64,000 nt of DNA from Holothuria leucospilota (taxonomy: Eukaryota), in NCBI GenBank assembly GCA_029531755.1, contig CM055976.1:6784493-6848492 (forward strand). Direction: 5' to 3'. A model generated the notes under the pieces. That model worked only from the letters and a program-made list of their open reading frames with translations, had not been told where the DNA came from and searched no databases. This document shows, piece after piece, positions 61,691 through 64,000 of this stretch; positions within the stretch are counted from its first letter, which is position 1; every line of letters starts with the position of its first letter. A program made the translations under genes and the position numbers.

Positions 61691-62590
61691 CTTGTAAACA
61701 CGATATCTCAAGATAGCAATGACCGACACTTTTATTATTTTGTATATAGATTTTTCATGTTAAAAGAAAGAAACCCATTGTTTTTGGTGGAGGTCAAAGG
61801 TCATTTGAGGTCACCAGAGTTCAACAACTGAGAACCTTATAAACACAATATCTCAAGATAGCAACGATGTACACTTTTCATATTTGGTGTACAGATTTGT
61901 CATGTCAAAAGGAAGAACCCTATTCTTTTTAGTAGAGGTCAAAGGTCATCCGAGGTCACCAGAGGTGAAACTGTGAAAACCTCATAAACGGCTTGTAAAC
62001 ACGATATCTCAAGATAGCAATGACTGACACTTTTCATGTTTGGTATATAGATTTGTCATGTTGAGAGAAAGAACCCTATTGTATTTGGTGAAGGTCAAAG
62101 GTCATTTGAGTTCACCGGAGGTAAAAGCTGAAAAGCTTGTAATCACGATATCTCAAGATAGGAATGACCGACACTTTTCATATTTGGTATCTAGAGTTGT
62201 CATGTTGAGAGAAAGAACCCTATTGTATTTGGTGGAGGTCAAATGTCATTTGAGGTCACCAGAGGTCAGAGACTGAAAACCTTGAGATCACGATAAATCA
62301 AGATAGGAATGACTGATATAGATTTGTCATGTTGAGAGGAAGAATGCTATTGTTTTTGGTAGAGGTCAAAGGTCATGTGATGTCACCAGAGGTCAAAAAC
62401 CGAAAACTTTGTAAACACGATATCTCAAGTTAGCAGTGACCAACACTTTCATATTTGGTATACAGATTTGTCATGTCAAGAGAAAGAACCCAATTGTTGT
62501 TGGTGAAGGTCAAAGGTCATTTAGGGTCACAGGAGCTAAAAAACTGAAAAGCTTGTAGTGACAATTTCTCAAGGTAGGAATGATGGACAC
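61690..62590. repeat. Satellite array of about 6 monomers, the same 148/160-bp family as 2500-4130
   Basis: The anchor cttgtaaacacgatatctcaagatagcaatgac recurs. A and B monomer variants alternate. Confidence 0.85.
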
Positions 62591-62810
62591 TTTTGATATT
62601 TAGTAAAATTTCCCAACAGTTCCCAAGATTGTTGTATGGGGTCACCAGAGGTCAAAAAGCAAAATTTCCCAAAGAATTCCCAAGATCGTAATCTGGGGTC
62701 ACCAGAGGTCAAAAGCAAAATTTTCCGAGTATTCCCAAGATCTTAATCTGGGGTAACCAGAGGTCAAAAAGCAAAATTTGCCAAGAATTTTCAAGATCCA
62801 AGATCCATTG
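62590..62810. repeat. 57-60-bp sub-satellite (ggtcaccagaggtcaaaaagcaaaatttcccaa(a)gaattcccaagatcgtaatctgg)
   Basis: Same periodic unit as 4130-4510. Confidence 0.8.
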
Positions 62811-64000
62811 GAGTTGAATCCCTTTCAAGACACTTCTGTTTTCCTTTTTGTTATATTTGGTTGTGTTCAGAGGTCATATGAGGTTAGCAGGGGTCAAATT
62901 GTTAAAACATCATAAAATGATGTATTCAAGAAAGATAAATTTGAGGGATAAAGCTCAGTGCAACAAAGCATCCCCATTCGGCAAGGAATCACTAAGCCTT
63001 CGGGCTTTCTGGTTGTTAAATGTGACTCAGTTAAGGAGGTAAAACACTTTGTGGCCTAGATGCCCTTCATGGCCCAGCTACCCTTCATGGCCCTTCATGG
63101 CCCAGCTTCACAGCCTAGTGGTTTTCGTTGCCTGCATATACTTCATGGCCCAGACTTTTTGCTGTGAGTGACTGAGTTCTGGTGTGAAAATATCTTTCTT
63201 TTTTATGCTCCAGGATTTTAGTTTATTGAATCTGTGCATGTTAGCACTTAATTCTTTGGCTTTATGAAATAAATATTTATTTGAAATAATACAGTATGTT
63301 ACATTGTTTGATTTAGAATACCTATTGTTAGATACAAGTAAATGGAATAAAATGTAGTAAATGAAACTAAAATGAATAATCTGGAAGTGAAAAGAAGGGC
63401 CTAAGCTCAAATCAAGCTTTGATATGTTAGAGGGGTACTTATTCTAAGCAATCTTGTGAAATTTCTATTGAAATCCGATGTGTGGTTCTCAAGATATCAG
63501 CAGATAAAGTTGTCACATTTTCAACAGAAAGTGAACTTGGAGCAAGCACATATTATGTCATAGCCTCACATTAATTAGCAGTCTTTTGTTTTTCTTTAAA
63601 CTTTATCACCAATTTTCTCCTGAACAAGCAAATGTTATTAGAATACGATTGCATGAGAGGCATGAGAAAATTACAAACTTCACATTCCTAACGGGGAGGT
63701 CCTATCCCTATTAATTTCAAGTTCAACACAACAGACTGAAAAAATAAAAGAAACAAAGCACTCCTTATCAATGTGAGGAAGTGATATCAGGGAGCTGCAG
63801 CCTAATGATTTAACTCCTCCTTGCCTCAAGCTCACTTTGCTTTACAAATTTAGTTACTTCTTTTGCTTATATCTCGAGTAATACATGTCCAGTTTGAATG
63901 AAAATTTTACCAAAATGCATAGATTTAGTTCCTCTTTCACAGATGAAAAGAAAATTTTTGCTTAAACCCTTCTTTTAAGAATCATTGTCCAAGGGCTAGT

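Larger units (their letters stand above)
60967..63014 (+). mobile_element. Helentron-like element, copy 2. Order of parts: 5' TIR, (TG)n, two tandem GC-rich 340-bp units, (TG)n, satellite array, 57-bp sub-array, 3' subterminal TIR, hairpin
   Basis: The 5' 60 bp are identical to copy 1 (ttgattccttgccgaaggcaggcaaggaatctatgcgatggtgatgtcgtgtgtg). The 3' end reads ggcaaggaatcactaagccttcgggctttctggtt. It inserted into a local gttaa(a/t)tgtgactcagtta mini-repeat. Confidence 0.65.

Noticed and set aside
1-64000. Prokaryotic-style novel systems such as defence islands, toxin-antitoxin pairs or operons
   Set aside because: Splice-site-bounded exons, LINE/LTR/Helentron/MITE content, microsatellites and satellites show this is nuclear metazoan DNA. 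No gene clusters of that kind are present.

Overview
This is a eukaryotic window, almost certainly from an invertebrate metazoan genome. HINE/DINE-TR1-type Helentrons are known from bivalves, so a mollusc is a possible but unproven source. Nothing prokaryotic is present: no operons, CRISPR arrays or defence islands. The window is dominated by decayed transposable elements and satellite DNA. A multi-exon host gene lies on the plus strand in the right half. The left 7 kb holds a CR1/L2-like LINE ORF2 on the minus strand, with a PHD-like zinc finger, an APE endonuclease, a linker and the N-terminus of the reverse transcriptase. That LINE is split by a 2.3 kb non-autonomous, Helentron-like element (Helitron2/HINE/DINE-TR1 type) that carries a (TG)n microsatellite and about 1.6 kb of 148/160-bp satellite. 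A Ty3/gypsy-like pol fragment lies next to it. Two further copies of the satellite-bearing element occur at 44.9-45.6 kb and 61.0-63.0 kb. Copy 2 carries an extra GC-rich 340-bp unit duplicated in tandem. Positions 9-22.6 kb are a nest of interspersed repeats punctuated by G/C homopolymers. They include a 1.7 kb tandem segmental duplication, a 5'-truncated CR1-like LINE on the plus strand that carries a nested insertion, and a 60-bp satellite made of CArG-like CCATATATGG palindromes. A 344-bp MITE family is present in two copies, each with 14-bp TIRs and a 5-bp TSD. From about 38.6 kb to 60.0 kb there are phase-consistent GT-AG exons. They encode a BRCT domain and a PARP-type helical-domain motif (LVDIVWKEAIG). 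From memory this matches the N-terminus of vault PARP (PARP4) best. All coordinates and classifications are read by eye; no searches were run.
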